DNA of 64,000 nucleotides from Clostridia bacterium (GCA_017621525.1 JAGASX010000011.1:112111-176110), one strand, 5' to 3'. Positions 30,141 to 38,599 are shown, numbered from the stretch's first letter. Notes: a model not told the origin generated them from the sequence alone. Program-made: numbers and translations.

Positions 30141-30166
30141 GCAGAAACCCCAAATGGAGTTTCTGC
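30141..30166 (-). promoter_or_regulatory. intercistronic stem-loop between the ATPase and giant genes
   Basis: The minus strand reads GCAGAAAC-tccatttggg-GTTTCTGC, an 8-bp stem. No clear T-run follows. Confidence 0.35.
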
Positions 30167-30172
30167 GTGGTT

Positions 30173-32833
30173 TTATCTGCTTTCAATGATTGAGTGTACA
30201 TATTCAAGTGGGTGAATTTGTACCATTGTTCTTGCGGTTGGCGATGTGATAACAAATGCCTGACCTACCGATGCACTGACAATTCTGTTTCTTTCCTCTT
30301 TATTGATACCGCCCGAGTTTTTGTAAAGTTCAATAAGGTCATTCACGTCGTTTGGTGAAAGTGAGAAGATAAGTGAATATTGGCAGGCATTGATAACCGC
30401 TGTTGACTGACGTTTGATTTCTTCCGAGCCCACAAAGTCATTGATGTTTTGGGTAATAACAATCTGCATACCGCCATATTTACGGATACGTTTTGCCATT
30501 GATGTCATAAAGTTGAGGGCGATTGGGTATTTAGGGTTGATGAAAATGTGTGCCTCATCTACAACGACAATAATTTTACGGTTGGTTTTGTGAAGTTCGT
30601 TATAATCCTTATTATTGATAACTTCACTTTCAATATATTTGAATACAAGAAGCATCTGTGCACTTGTAAGCATTTCATTGTTACCAGCAATCAGCGATTG
30701 GAAGTTGAAGCAAACAAAGTTTTCATTTGTTTCAATTGACGTTGGACCATTCCAAAGGTTGGCGTTACGTCCACCCCTCGCAAACTTTCTTATATAAGTT
30801 TGTGCAACGCGGAGGTTGTTGATAAGAAATTCTTCCTTCGCTTCGGCAAGGCGCTCGTTAAGCAAATCATACAAGTCATCAAATGTTGGGTAATCGGTTG
30901 GTTTTAAGTATTTAAGGTCGGTCATTTCATTGATGTTGAATTTGGCGTAAAGGTCAAGGACAAGAGAGTTGATAACCTCAAACGCGTCCGACGATATACC
31001 CTGCAAAATTGTCCTTAAAAATTGTTCAAGGAATTGCAAGTGTTGGTTAAACGAGTCGTCCACTTTTACCTGTTTATCGCGAAGTGTTGGGTCCTTTTCA
31101 TCATCATCTTTATCAAGTGCACGAATTACGTTGAATGGGTTGATGATACCTTGAAGAGAAGAACCTACGTCAATCAACTTGCCATGAAGTCTGTCAGCAA
31201 GGGTTGCGTATTCTTTTTCAGGGTCGCAAATGAATATTTTGGTGTTGTCAGCAGCAAAGTTTGCAAGAAGTGTTTTTGTTGCAAAGGATTTACCAGAGCC
31301 CGACTTTCCAATAATCATCATGTTTGAGTTTACGCGTTGTGGGTCGCGTTTAAAGAAGTCTACAAACACAGGATATTCGTTATCGCCAAGGTAGAAACCG
31401 TTTTCATCTTGAAGTTCTGATGAAACGAATGGGAACACACCCGCAAGTGTGTATGTTGGAATTCCGCGTTGAAGTTCTTTTATATTATCCCTCATTGAAA
31501 TTCCTGTGCTTATGAAAGCGTCGATTTGGCGAGCGAAAAGTTCTGTATAGCGATAGCCCTCTTGTTTAAGCACCGCCTTAACGTCTTTTCTTGCAGAATC
31601 TTCACAAGTGATGAATGTGTTTACATCGTAAAGTTGTTGGTTGGAGTTTTTAAGTTCTGCCAAAAGATTGCGAAGAGTATCAAGGTGGGTTGAAAGTTCT
31701 ATTCTTGTACTGCTTTTGCCGGTTTTGTACAATTTGGTTTCCATATCCATGATTGCTTTGTCGATTTTCTTTTCGCTATCATATTTTGGTGCTTTTTGAA
31801 ACTTCATTACAACCTTTGTACGGTCAAGCAAGAAGAATGATGCACCCCATGCATTGCCAACTTGAAGTGGATATTCGCTGATTGCGTATGTACGATAGTT
31901 TCTGCCGTCGATATTATACTTCGCAGAAGAGAATTTGATTTTCTCTGGTGTTGCCCAATCAATGTATTCAGAGAATGGTACGCTTTCCAAATCTCTTTCG
32001 TTGAACTCTCTGTTGTAATTGGCACGAAGGAAAATTGCAAGTTCCGCACCGGTAAGGCGAGTTGCTTGAACTGGTGTAAGAGATGTTGCAAGAGAGGTTA
32101 TCATACCATTTACTGTATTTTCAAGTGCCTCTATATCCTTGCCCATTACAACAAGATAGAAATAGTCTTTGTAAATTTTGTTTGTTCTGTTTTTATCTTC
32201 AAGGAATGACACGCGCTCTTCAAAAATAGGTGCACGGGCATCAATCTCTTTTTGGCTCATCTGCTTTTCATACAATTGGTCAAGAAGTCTGTCGTACTTT
32301 TTGTTTTCATTGTAAGAATAGTTATCCAGCACCATTGCCTTGTTGATTTTTACAATCTCACAAACTTGATTGTCGTCAAGTCGGCGAAGGGCATTTCCAA
32401 AGCCCACGTCAATTACGTTGTTTTGACTGTATTCATTAAGAAGGTCAAAAAGTATTGGTTTGATTTCCAAAACTTCGGCATAGTAATTTCCGTAAGAGAT
32501 GCATCTGTCTTGATAAATAGATTCAAACGGAATTATGTCTTTTATGTTTGCCTTACCCTTCTTTGGAGATTTCTCATACTTTTTCTTCTGCATAGAATAT
32601 CTTGCAAGGTGGCTTATTGTAACATAAAATCTGTCGCTATCGGCGATTTTGAAAAATAGCGACAATCCCAAAATTGCCCATGCCATTGCAATCCAAATAT
32701 GTCCTGGAAAGTTTGATGCTGCAAGCACAATAAGCACAGCACAAACAACAAGGGCGATTATAAGGTCGATGCCTGTAAAGCCCTTTACAAATTCAAGTTT
32801 TACTTTTGTTTTTCTTGGAACTATTCTTACCAT
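30173..32833 (-). CDS. VirB4-family T4SS ATPase with a fused N-terminal two-TM (VirB3/PrgI-like) segment
   Basis: The start was trimmed to ATG 32833 (MVRIVPRKTK), which follows an AGAGG RBS. The protein is about 886 aa with two N-terminal TM helices. Walker A is MIIGKSGSGKSF (about 31.30 kb). Walker B is IVVVDEAHIF (about 30.56 kb). The C-terminal ITQNINDF...ACQYSLIF stretch resembles Gram-positive conjugative VirB4 proteins (Tn916 Orf16 / PrgJ / TcpF class). Confidence 0.8.
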   Translation of the reverse strand: MVRIVPRKTKVKLEFVKGFTGIDLIIALVVCAVLIVLAASNFPGHIWIAMAWAILGLSLFFKIADSDRFYVTISHLARYSMQKKKYEKSPKKGKANIKDIIPFESIYQDRCISYGNYYAEVLEIKPILFDLLNEYSQNNVIDVGFGNALRRLDDNQVCEIVKINKAMVLDNYSYNENKKYDRLLDQLYEKQMSQKEIDARAPIFEERVSFLEDKNRTNKIYKDYFYLVVMGKDIEALENTVNGMITSLATSLTPVQATRLTGAELAIFLRANYNREFNERDLESVPFSEYIDWATPEKIKFSSAKYNIDGRNYRTYAISEYPLQVGNAWGASFFLLDRTKVVMKFQKAPKYDSEKKIDKAIMDMETKLYKTGKSSTRIELSTHLDTLRNLLAELKNSNQQLYDVNTFITCEDSARKDVKAVLKQEGYRYTELFARQIDAFISTGISMRDNIKELQRGIPTYTLAGVFPFVSSELQDENGFYLGDNEYPVFVDFFKRDPQRVNSNMMIIGKSGSGKSFATKTLLANFAADNTKIFICDPEKEYATLADRLHGKLIDVGSSLQGIINPFNVIRALDKDDDEKDPTLRDKQVKVDDSFNQHLQFLEQFLRTILQGISSDAFEVINSLVLDLYAKFNINEMTDLKYLKPTDYPTFDDLYDLLNERLAEAKEEFLINNLRVAQTYIRKFARGGRNANLWNGPTSIETNENFVCFNFQSLIAGNNEMLTSAQMLLVFKYIESEVINNKDYNELHKTNRKIIVVVDEAHIFINPKYPIALNFMTSMAKRIRKYGGMQIVITQNINDFVGSEEIKRQSTAVINACQYSLIFSLSPNDVNDLIELYKNSGGINKEERNRIVSASVGQAFVITSPTARTMVQIHPLEYVHSIIESR

Positions 32834-33051
32834 AATTACCTCTTGTGAATATTTTACAACAAAACAAAACAAAAATACAAACGATTATGCGAGATTTTAT
32901 AAATTTATATAAATCATTTTATATAAAGGGGCGTGGGCAATTTGTGAAAAAACATATTAAAAAATAAAAAATAAATACAAAAAAAGCAATAAAAAATATT
33001 AAAAAAATTATTTTTAACATATTTTATTGCCTTTATTTTAAAGGTAAAGCG

Positions 33052-33744
33052 CTATTTGCTGTAAAATGAAAGTAAATTGATTTTATTATGCAATTTTGCC
33101 TTATTTATCATGTTTTTATCAATAATATCAAATTTTCTTGCAATCACCTCATTATTAAAGCCCAAAATGTCATTTGTAACCATTTTACCCACCAAAACAT
33201 TGGGGTTTGCCAAAAGTATTGTGGGACTTCCTTGTTTTTGATTGTTTTGTATGTGCACATTTTCATTTATAAGGCCGTTTGCAGAAGAAATTTCCTTTAA
33301 TTGAGGAAAAGTTACCTCTTTTTCTTTCTTTTTGGGGTTGCCATAAATTATATACTTTTCGCCTGCTGTGCGGATATATCTTTGAGGAAATTCACATTTG
33401 TCTGTGATGACCTTTTTCACCCATTTACCTGCAACTTCAATATCAGTAACTCTGCCTAACATATTACCATGGGTATCATAAACAAGTTTTCCAATTGGGC
33501 TGTTTGATGAGGATATATTATATTTTAGTTTTAACGAGTTTTCAATCATTACACAGTCCTCGCCTACCGAAACAATATCTTCGCGAGGCAGAACAAAAGA
33601 ATTTTCGCTTTCTTCATCAACTATGATAAGCCCAGCAAATGTTTTGATATTCTCATCAAAAAACACATTAAGCACATATCCTGCCATGTTGCCATCATCA
33701 AGAGAAATCACTTTTTTTGAAATATACGATGTTATCTTTTCCAT
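33052..33744 (-). CDS. PRC-barrel domain protein (two YlmC/YmxH-like modules)
   Basis: 230 aa. LDDGNMAGYVLNVFFDENIKTFAGLIIVDEE and a second module, GNMLGRVTDIEVAGKWVKKVI, resemble PRC-barrel repeats. Confidence 0.55.
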   Translation of the reverse strand: MEKITSYISKKVISLDDGNMAGYVLNVFFDENIKTFAGLIIVDEESENSFVLPREDIVSVGEDCVMIENSLKLKYNISSSNSPIGKLVYDTHGNMLGRVTDIEVAGKWVKKVITDKCEFPQRYIRTAGEKYIIYGNPKKKEKEVTFPQLKEISSANGLINENVHIQNNQKQGSPTILLANPNVLVGKMVTNDILGFNNEVIARKFDIIDKNMINKAKLHNKINLLSFYSK

Positions 33745-33806
33745 GTTTTTAATTTATTGAAAAAAGTAAAAAAATAGAACATTTTTATAAAATTTTTAAA
33801 TATTTT

Positions 33807-33834
33807 TTGACAATATTTGTTTTTGTGATATAAT
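33807..33834 (+). promoter_or_regulatory. consensus promoter positioned for a leaderless transcript
   Basis: TTGACA (33807-33812), a 16-nt spacer, then TGaTATAAT (-10 at 33829-33834). Only 6 nt (aattat) separate the -10 from ATG 33841, and there is no SD. Confidence 0.6.
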
Positions 33835-33840
33835 AATTAT

Positions 33841-34074
33841 ATGAAAGATAGAAAAAGAAAAAAGATTGTGGCTATCACAAAAGATATGTTTATTGATGAT
33901 GTTATTAAACTTGATGAAAGATTGGGTGATGTTTTTTTAGGTTTTGGCATGCACTGCATTTTTTGTCATTTGGGTTTGGAAGAGACAATTGAAGAGGCTG
34001 CTGGCGTGCACATGGTTGACGTTGACTTTTTGATTAAAAAACTTAATGAAACATATAAATCTCTTAAAAAATAG
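33841..34074 (+). CDS. DUF1858-type small redox-disulfide domain protein (hybrid-cluster-protein-associated family)
   Basis: 77 aa. ITKDMFIDDVI...FGMHCIFCHLGLEETIEEAAGVHMVDVDFLIKKLNE matches the ITKDM...GMHC.gC....E.iEEAa..HgiD pattern. Confidence 0.7.
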   Translation: MKDRKRKKIVAITKDMFIDDVIKLDERLGDVFLGFGMHCIFCHLGLEETIEEAAGVHMVDVDFLIKKLNETYKSLKK

Positions 34075-34087
34075 TTAAAAATTAAAG

Positions 34088-34114
34088 AAAAGATGCATTT
34101 TGGCATCTTTTTTG
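34088..34114. terminator. intrinsic terminator between convergent genes
   Basis: AGATGC-attttg-GCATCT hairpin followed by TTTTTT. Confidence 0.6.
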
Positions 34115-34117
34115 GTT

Positions 34118-35263
34118 TTATAAGTCAAGTTTTGTTTTTATTGCGTTTACAAGGTCGGTAAGTCCCCTTTTTGTTTTTGCAGAAATAAGCACTTCATTTT
34201 CTTGCAAAACATGCGGTTTTTCAAGTTTATCGCATTTGTTTAGCACCACAATTCTGTTTTGGGTTGCACCTAATTCATTAAGCAGTTTATTTGTGATTTG
34301 CATATTAAGTTGATATTCTTTTATTCCGTCTATATTCTGTTGCAGTGATGCATCAACAACATGGAGTAAAAGGTCGGCATCAACCGCCTCTTCGAGAGTT
34401 GAAGAAAAGGCATCTACAAGTTGGTGTGGCAGGTCTGAAATAAAACCTACGGTGTCGGTTATTATGGCGTATTGATTATCCCCTAAAAATAATTTTCTTG
34501 AAGTGGTGTCAAGGGTTGCAAAATATTTATCATCAGCGTATATGTTCTCTTTTACAAGTGTATTTAACAGTGATGATTTGCCAGAGTTTGTATAGCCAAC
34601 AAGTGCTATTTTAGGTAGTGAAGAATTTAATCTTTCCTTTCTTGTTGATTGGCGTTGTTGTTTTATTTTTTCTATTTGGCTTTTAAGGCTTTCAATTTCT
34701 TTTTCAAGTACACGTCGGTTGAGTTCCAACTTTGTTTCCCCTGGCCCTCTCATTCCTACTCCGGCACTGCCATATCTTCCGCTTGTACCCTGCATTTGCG
34801 AAAGTCTTGGTAAAACATATAAATCTTGGGCAAGTTTGACTTGAAGTTTTGCCTCTTTTGACCTTGCACCTCTTGCAAAAATATCTATGATAAGCCCAAC
34901 ACGGTCAAGCACTTTAACACCAAATTCATTTGACAAGTTTTTCATTTGAGAGCCTGAAAGCGGATAGTCTACGATTACAACATCTATAATTTCTGGGCAA
35001 GAATTTATATATTCTTTTATTTCCGCTACCTTACCGCTTCCAATAACTGTGCTTTTGTTATAGTCTTTTATAATTTGGTAGAATTGCCCAACAACATTAA
35101 GTCCTGCCGAAAAAGACAGGCGTTTTATTTCGTCTGTTTTTCTTTCAATATTATCTGTTTTTTTTGTGCAAACTGCAACAATTATTGCGTTTTCTTGTTG
35201 CAAAAACTCTTTCATAATTTCTTTCATATAATTATGATAGCATTTTTTATTTGCCTTTTGCAA
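34118..35263 (-). CDS. hflX: GTPase HflX
   Basis: 381 aa, exact start uncertain. G1 is LVGYTNSGKSSLLN, G3 is DTVGF and G4 is NKCD. An HflX N-terminal domain with a coiled linker is present. Confidence 0.9.
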   Translation of the reverse strand: MQKANKKCYHNYMKEIMKEFLQQENAIIVAVCTKKTDNIERKTDEIKRLSFSAGLNVVGQFYQIIKDYNKSTVIGSGKVAEIKEYINSCPEIIDVVIVDYPLSGSQMKNLSNEFGVKVLDRVGLIIDIFARGARSKEAKLQVKLAQDLYVLPRLSQMQGTSGRYGSAGVGMRGPGETKLELNRRVLEKEIESLKSQIEKIKQQRQSTRKERLNSSLPKIALVGYTNSGKSSLLNTLVKENIYADDKYFATLDTTSRKLFLGDNQYAIITDTVGFISDLPHQLVDAFSSTLEEAVDADLLLHVVDASLQQNIDGIKEYQLNMQITNKLLNELGATQNRIVVLNKCDKLEKPHVLQENEVLISAKTKRGLTDLVNAIKTKLDL

Positions 35264-35279
35264 TAATTTTTTGATAAAT

Positions 35280-35924
35280 TTAATTTAAAATTACAACTTC
35301 GCCTGAATTTGTATCTATTACAACATTGTTTGATTGGCCTTGCCTGCCTATTACAGTAAAAATCCAAAATAGGGTTGAATTATTTTCCTCTTCCTTTAAA
35401 ATTTTAAGGTAACACTCACCTTGAAAGTTGCCGTTTGAATGATAACTATTTAAACTTTCGCCGAGTGCAGATATTGCAATCTGGGTTGCTTGATTATAAT
35501 CGACAACAAAATTGTCGCTTATTTTTTGTAAAATTATTGTATTTTCTTCTACAATGCATGATATATTTTCATTTTCAATTTTGTATCCCAAGTCCCCCAT
35601 GTATGAATTATTTAAAGGGTTAAATTCAAGCAAAATTTCACTATCATCTATTTTTACCGATATTTTATTGAATGTTTGTTTTTGTGAAAATGAAAGAGTT
35701 ACAAGCGAAAAGTCCACATTATCTGTGTGATTGCCATCAATGATATAAGGTTGTTCCCTTTCGCCAACGCTTATAGAAAGGAATATTCCTTTTGACGCAT
35801 CTTCACCGTAATAGTACAAATAAGTTATTTCGCTGAAAGATGATTTTATTTGCTGTTTAGGCGTGCACCCAAAAAGCAAAAGTGCCGAAATGATTAGCGA
35901 GATGATTAAAATAAGTTTTTTCAT
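35280..35924 (-). CDS. lipoprotein of unknown function (PepSY-like C-terminus)
   Basis: 214 aa. The signal peptide carries a LLFGC lipobox. Confidence 0.55.
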   Translation of the reverse strand: MKKLILIISLIISALLLFGCTPKQQIKSSFSEITYLYYYGEDASKGIFLSISVGEREQPYIIDGNHTDNVDFSLVTLSFSQKQTFNKISVKIDDSEILLEFNPLNNSYMGDLGYKIENENISCIVEENTIILQKISDNFVVDYNQATQIAISALGESLNSYHSNGNFQGECYLKILKEEENNSTLFWIFTVIGRQGQSNNVVIDTNSGEVVILN

Positions 35925-35965
35925 AGTACCCTATTTTTATGTTTGAAATATCTATAAAATGCGGA

Positions 35966-35996
35966 AAAACAAAAAATCACGCCAAATAGGCGTGAA
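35966..35996 (-). terminator. intrinsic terminator after spoIIID
   Basis: The minus strand reads CACGCC-tatttg-GCGTG followed by a T-run. Confidence 0.6.
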
Positions 35997-35998
35997 AT

Positions 35999-36259
35999 TT
36001 ACATCGTATGTTCCTCTTCCAAGTATTTTTTCTTGGTCGCTTCCCCTCCTCGAATATGTTTTTCTGCGAAGTTTTCATCGAGGATTTTTTTCGTTTTTTC
36101 ATAAAGACTACGGTCTATGGCTTTAAGTTTTACCGACACATCGTTGTGTATGGTGCTTTTGCTGTAACCATATATTTTTGCCGTCTTTCTTATGGTATCA
36201 TGAGTGTCATAAATATGATTTGCAACGCAAATCACCCGTTCTACCAAGTCTTCTTTCAT
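35999..36259 (-). CDS. spoIIID: stage III sporulation protein D (HTH transcription regulator)
   Basis: 86 aa. The sequence is VERVICVANHIYDTHDTIRKTAKIYGYSKSTIHNDV...HIRGGEATKKKY. It is collinear with Bacillus SpoIIID (...FGVSKSTVHKDL...RHLRGGEATK). Confidence 0.9.
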   Translation of the reverse strand: MKEDLVERVICVANHIYDTHDTIRKTAKIYGYSKSTIHNDVSVKLKAIDRSLYEKTKKILDENFAEKHIRGGEATKKKYLEEEHTM

Positions 36260-36337
36260 AATTCCCTCCGCCCTATATTTTTATGAGCGGAATGGGCAAT
36301 TATGTTATATTTTGACGAATTTTATCGATATTTATTT

Positions 36338-36574
36338 TTACTTCTTTGAAAATTCATCTATGATTGCAACGATTTGAGGAATTGATTTAAGTTCTTCCAA
36401 TCTTTCATCTGGAATTGAAACCTTAAATTCATCTTCAAAAGTCATTAAAAGTTCTACAATATCAAGTGAATCTGCCCCCAAATCTTCAATAATGTTGGCA
36501 TCATCTTTAATATCATCAACAGAAATGCAAAGTTGTTCTGCAATAATCTTTTTAACCTTTTCGATAGTGTTCAT
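36338..36574 (-). CDS. acpP: acyl carrier protein
   Basis: The start was trimmed to MNTIEKV, which follows a GGAGGG RBS. The phosphopantetheine site is DLGADSLDIVEL. Confidence 0.9.
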   Translation of the reverse strand: MNTIEKVKKIIAEQLCISVDDIKDDANIIEDLGADSLDIVELLMTFEDEFKVSIPDERLEELKSIPQIVAIIDEFSKK

Positions 36575-36621
36575 AAAACCCTCCATGTGTGTATTATACC
36601 ATAAATTTTTTAATATGTAAA

Positions 36622-36650
36622 TAAAAAATGCGATATTTTTTATCGCATTT
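36622..36650 (-). terminator. intrinsic terminator after the M23 gene
   Basis: The minus strand reads ATGCGATA-aaaa-TATCGCAT followed by TTTTTT. Confidence 0.6.
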
Positions 36651-36664
36651 AGGGTTTATTGAAT

Positions 36665-37228
36665 TTATTTTTGTTGCAAATCTAAATAATCATTAGGGTC
36701 TACAAATGCATTATTAAGTTTTAAGCAAAAGTGCAAGTGTTCACCAAGGTCAAGTTCCCCAGACGCACTGGTGCTGACTACACCAATTTTGTCCCCTGCC
36801 TTAACTTTGTCGCCCTCTTTAACCAAAACCTCTTCTTTGAGTGAAGAATATTTGCTTTCAAAACCGCTTTCATGAGTAAGGGTGATTGTGTATCCATCAA
36901 GGAATGAATAGTCCACCTTTGTTACAGTGCCGTCAAGAATTGCAAACACATCTCCGTCTTGCCCTGCAAGGTCAACAGCAAGGTGAGCCTCCCATTGATT
37001 GAGGGTTTCATTGTTTTGAAGTTCTGTGTTTGAAAAGTCTTTGATTATGGTTGCGTTTGTCATTGGCAACTGAAACTCCATTCTGTTGGTGCTTGCTGGC
37101 ACTGATGCATTTACAGCGGCAACAATGCTGAATGTGAGTGCAACTGCAAATATTACAAGTGCAACCGCGATGTACATTGCATAATTTTTTACAAATTCAA
37201 TAAACCTGTTTTTCTTTTCGATTTCCAT
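36665..37228 (-). CDS. membrane-anchored M23/LytM-domain protein (SpoIIQ-like by context)
   Basis: 187 aa with an N-terminal TM helix. The LytM fold reads DGTVTKVDYSFLDGYTITLTHESGFESKYSSL...GDKIG...HLHF. In clostridia spoIIQ neighbours spoIIID. Confidence 0.6.
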   Translation of the reverse strand: MEIEKKNRFIEFVKNYAMYIAVALVIFAVALTFSIVAAVNASVPASTNRMEFQLPMTNATIIKDFSNTELQNNETLNQWEAHLAVDLAGQDGDVFAILDGTVTKVDYSFLDGYTITLTHESGFESKYSSLKEEVLVKEGDKVKAGDKIGVVSTSASGELDLGEHLHFCLKLNNAFVDPNDYLDLQQK

Positions 37229-37300
37229 TTCAACCTCCTATGCAAGTTATTGACCTTAAAATTTGATTTATACAACTTGTAAATTGAAATATTTGTCGAA

Positions 37301-37765
37301 TTAAAAGCCTGTTAAAATAAGCGGAAAGCCCAATATCCAACCCTCTGACGTTTGAGCAAGTTGGGCATTTACCTTTTTGTTTTTATGAACAACATATTTG
37401 TTGAAGTCTGCATGAAATCCGTGGTAAACTTCTATTCCTTGTATGGTTGTGGATTTTGTAAGAGAACTTTTAAACAATTTTTGAAAATATTTTATTGACG
37501 TTTGGGGCGAGAAGTAAAAAACTATTCCCTCAACGTTATAATTTTGTTGTGGCAGGTTTTGGGAATTGAATGTATAGTAATTTAAGTTGCCGTTTGATAT
37601 TTTTTCGGCACTGCAATCTATATTTTGATGAGAAACAATAGTAACCTTTTGATAGTTTTGGCAAAGATTAAAAATTCTTTTATTATCAAAAATTTTTGTG
37701 GCAAATAACCCCACAAAAATTAAAACGAATAAAAACATGGCATTAAAAAAAGCAATCTTTTTCAT
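37301..37765 (-). CDS. hypothetical membrane-anchored protein
   Basis: 154 aa with an N-terminal TM helix. No motif recognised. Confidence 0.45.
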   Translation of the reverse strand: MKKIAFFNAMFLFVLIFVGLFATKIFDNKRIFNLCQNYQKVTIVSHQNIDCSAEKISNGNLNYYTFNSQNLPQQNYNVEGIVFYFSPQTSIKYFQKLFKSSLTKSTTIQGIEVYHGFHADFNKYVVHKNKKVNAQLAQTSEGWILGFPLILTGF

Positions 37766-37821
37766 AACAAAATGATTGCCTTAATATTGTAAAAAATTAT
37801 GTTTTTTAGTGAAGATATTGT

Positions 37822-38010
37822 CTAAAAAACAAACATAAGCACAAAGCATACGATTGCAATAACAAGCGAAAATCCACCTAAAAGCCCGAACAATATCTCT
37901 TTTGATTGTTTAGTAAGTGGCTGTTTTTCCTTTGTTTGTTTTGGTTGTTTTGTTTTTTGTTGTTTTTCAATTGATTGTGCAACGCTTTGTTTTTCTTCCA
38001 TTTCTTTCAC
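37822..38010 (-). CDS. small C-tail-anchored membrane protein
   Basis: 62 aa. A K/Q/E-rich N-terminus is followed by one C-terminal TM helix. Confidence 0.4.
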   Translation of the reverse strand: MKEMEEKQSVAQSIEKQQKTKQPKQTKEKQPLTKQSKEILFGLLGGFSLVIAIVCFVLMFVF

Positions 38011-38044
38011 CTTTTTATTATTTTACTGTGATGTATAAATTTTG

Positions 38045-38599
38045 TCAAATGTTTTGAGGGGTTGTCCCCCAAATTGATTGAATTGGTTGTGTGGTTGAAA
38101 GAGATTCTACAACAATTGTTACAATATATTTTGTGTCAGTATACAGTGTAGTGTTTTCATCAATAAATACGTGAGAGCAAAGTGCAACCGTGTTTTGTGG
38201 TGGAAGGGTTGAATTAAAATAGAAATACCCGTCGTTTTGATTATATACCCAATTTACAGTTTCTGCCATATTCATAGGTAAAGTTTGGTTTCCGCCAGAA
38301 TATATAAAAATTTTAGCACGCAAAAAGAGGTCTGTTTGGTCATCTGTATTTTTTACAGATACAATTTGAGGCAAACGCTCCCCTGCCAAAAATGAGCCGT
38401 CAAGATTAAATGACACCGCGTTTGCGCTGTTTTGTTCTACGCCTATTTGTACCGTTTTGCCAAGTTGCATATCTGTTGTAAAATTTCTGTCATTTTCAAA
38501 ATACCAGCCACTTAAACCCAAATATATGGAAAGTGCAAGTAAAATTAAAAGAATGGCGCAGGCAAATATCCAACCAAAATTATCTTTACTAAATTTCAT
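38045..38599 (-). CDS. exported/anchored beta-rich protein, possibly TasA/camelysin-like fold
   Basis: 184 aa with an N-terminal TM/signal segment. The pattern AGERLPQIVSVKNTDDQTDLFLRAKIFI resembles the PGD..t..f.V.N.gs...y.R.k strand pair of TasA/Peptidase_M73-like proteins. The assignment is tentative. Confidence 0.4.
   Translation of the reverse strand: MKFSKDNFGWIFACAILLILLALSIYLGLSGWYFENDRNFTTDMQLGKTVQIGVEQNSANAVSFNLDGSFLAGERLPQIVSVKNTDDQTDLFLRAKIFIYSGGNQTLPMNMAETVNWVYNQNDGYFYFNSTLPPQNTVALCSHVFIDENTTLYTDTKYIVTIVVESLSTTQPIQSIWGTTPQNI

Noticed and set aside
18818-33051. The VirB4/giant-protein region as an intact integrative conjugative element or prophage.
   Set aside because: I recognised no integrase, relaxase, coupling protein, other T4SS components or flanking direct repeats. 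By eye, the composition looks similar to the neighbouring core genes.
32873-33051. The AT-rich 180-bp intergenic region upstream of the ATPase gene, with A7/T7 runs and a GGGGCGTGGGC island, as a possible att site or phase-variable tract.
   Set aside because: It is adequately explained by a long AT-rich terminator hairpin for the PRC-barrel gene (GCAATAAAATAT...ATATTTTTTATTGC plus a T-run) and promoter candidates for the ATPase gene. The homopolymers are short, and no matching repeat is seen at the other end of the module.
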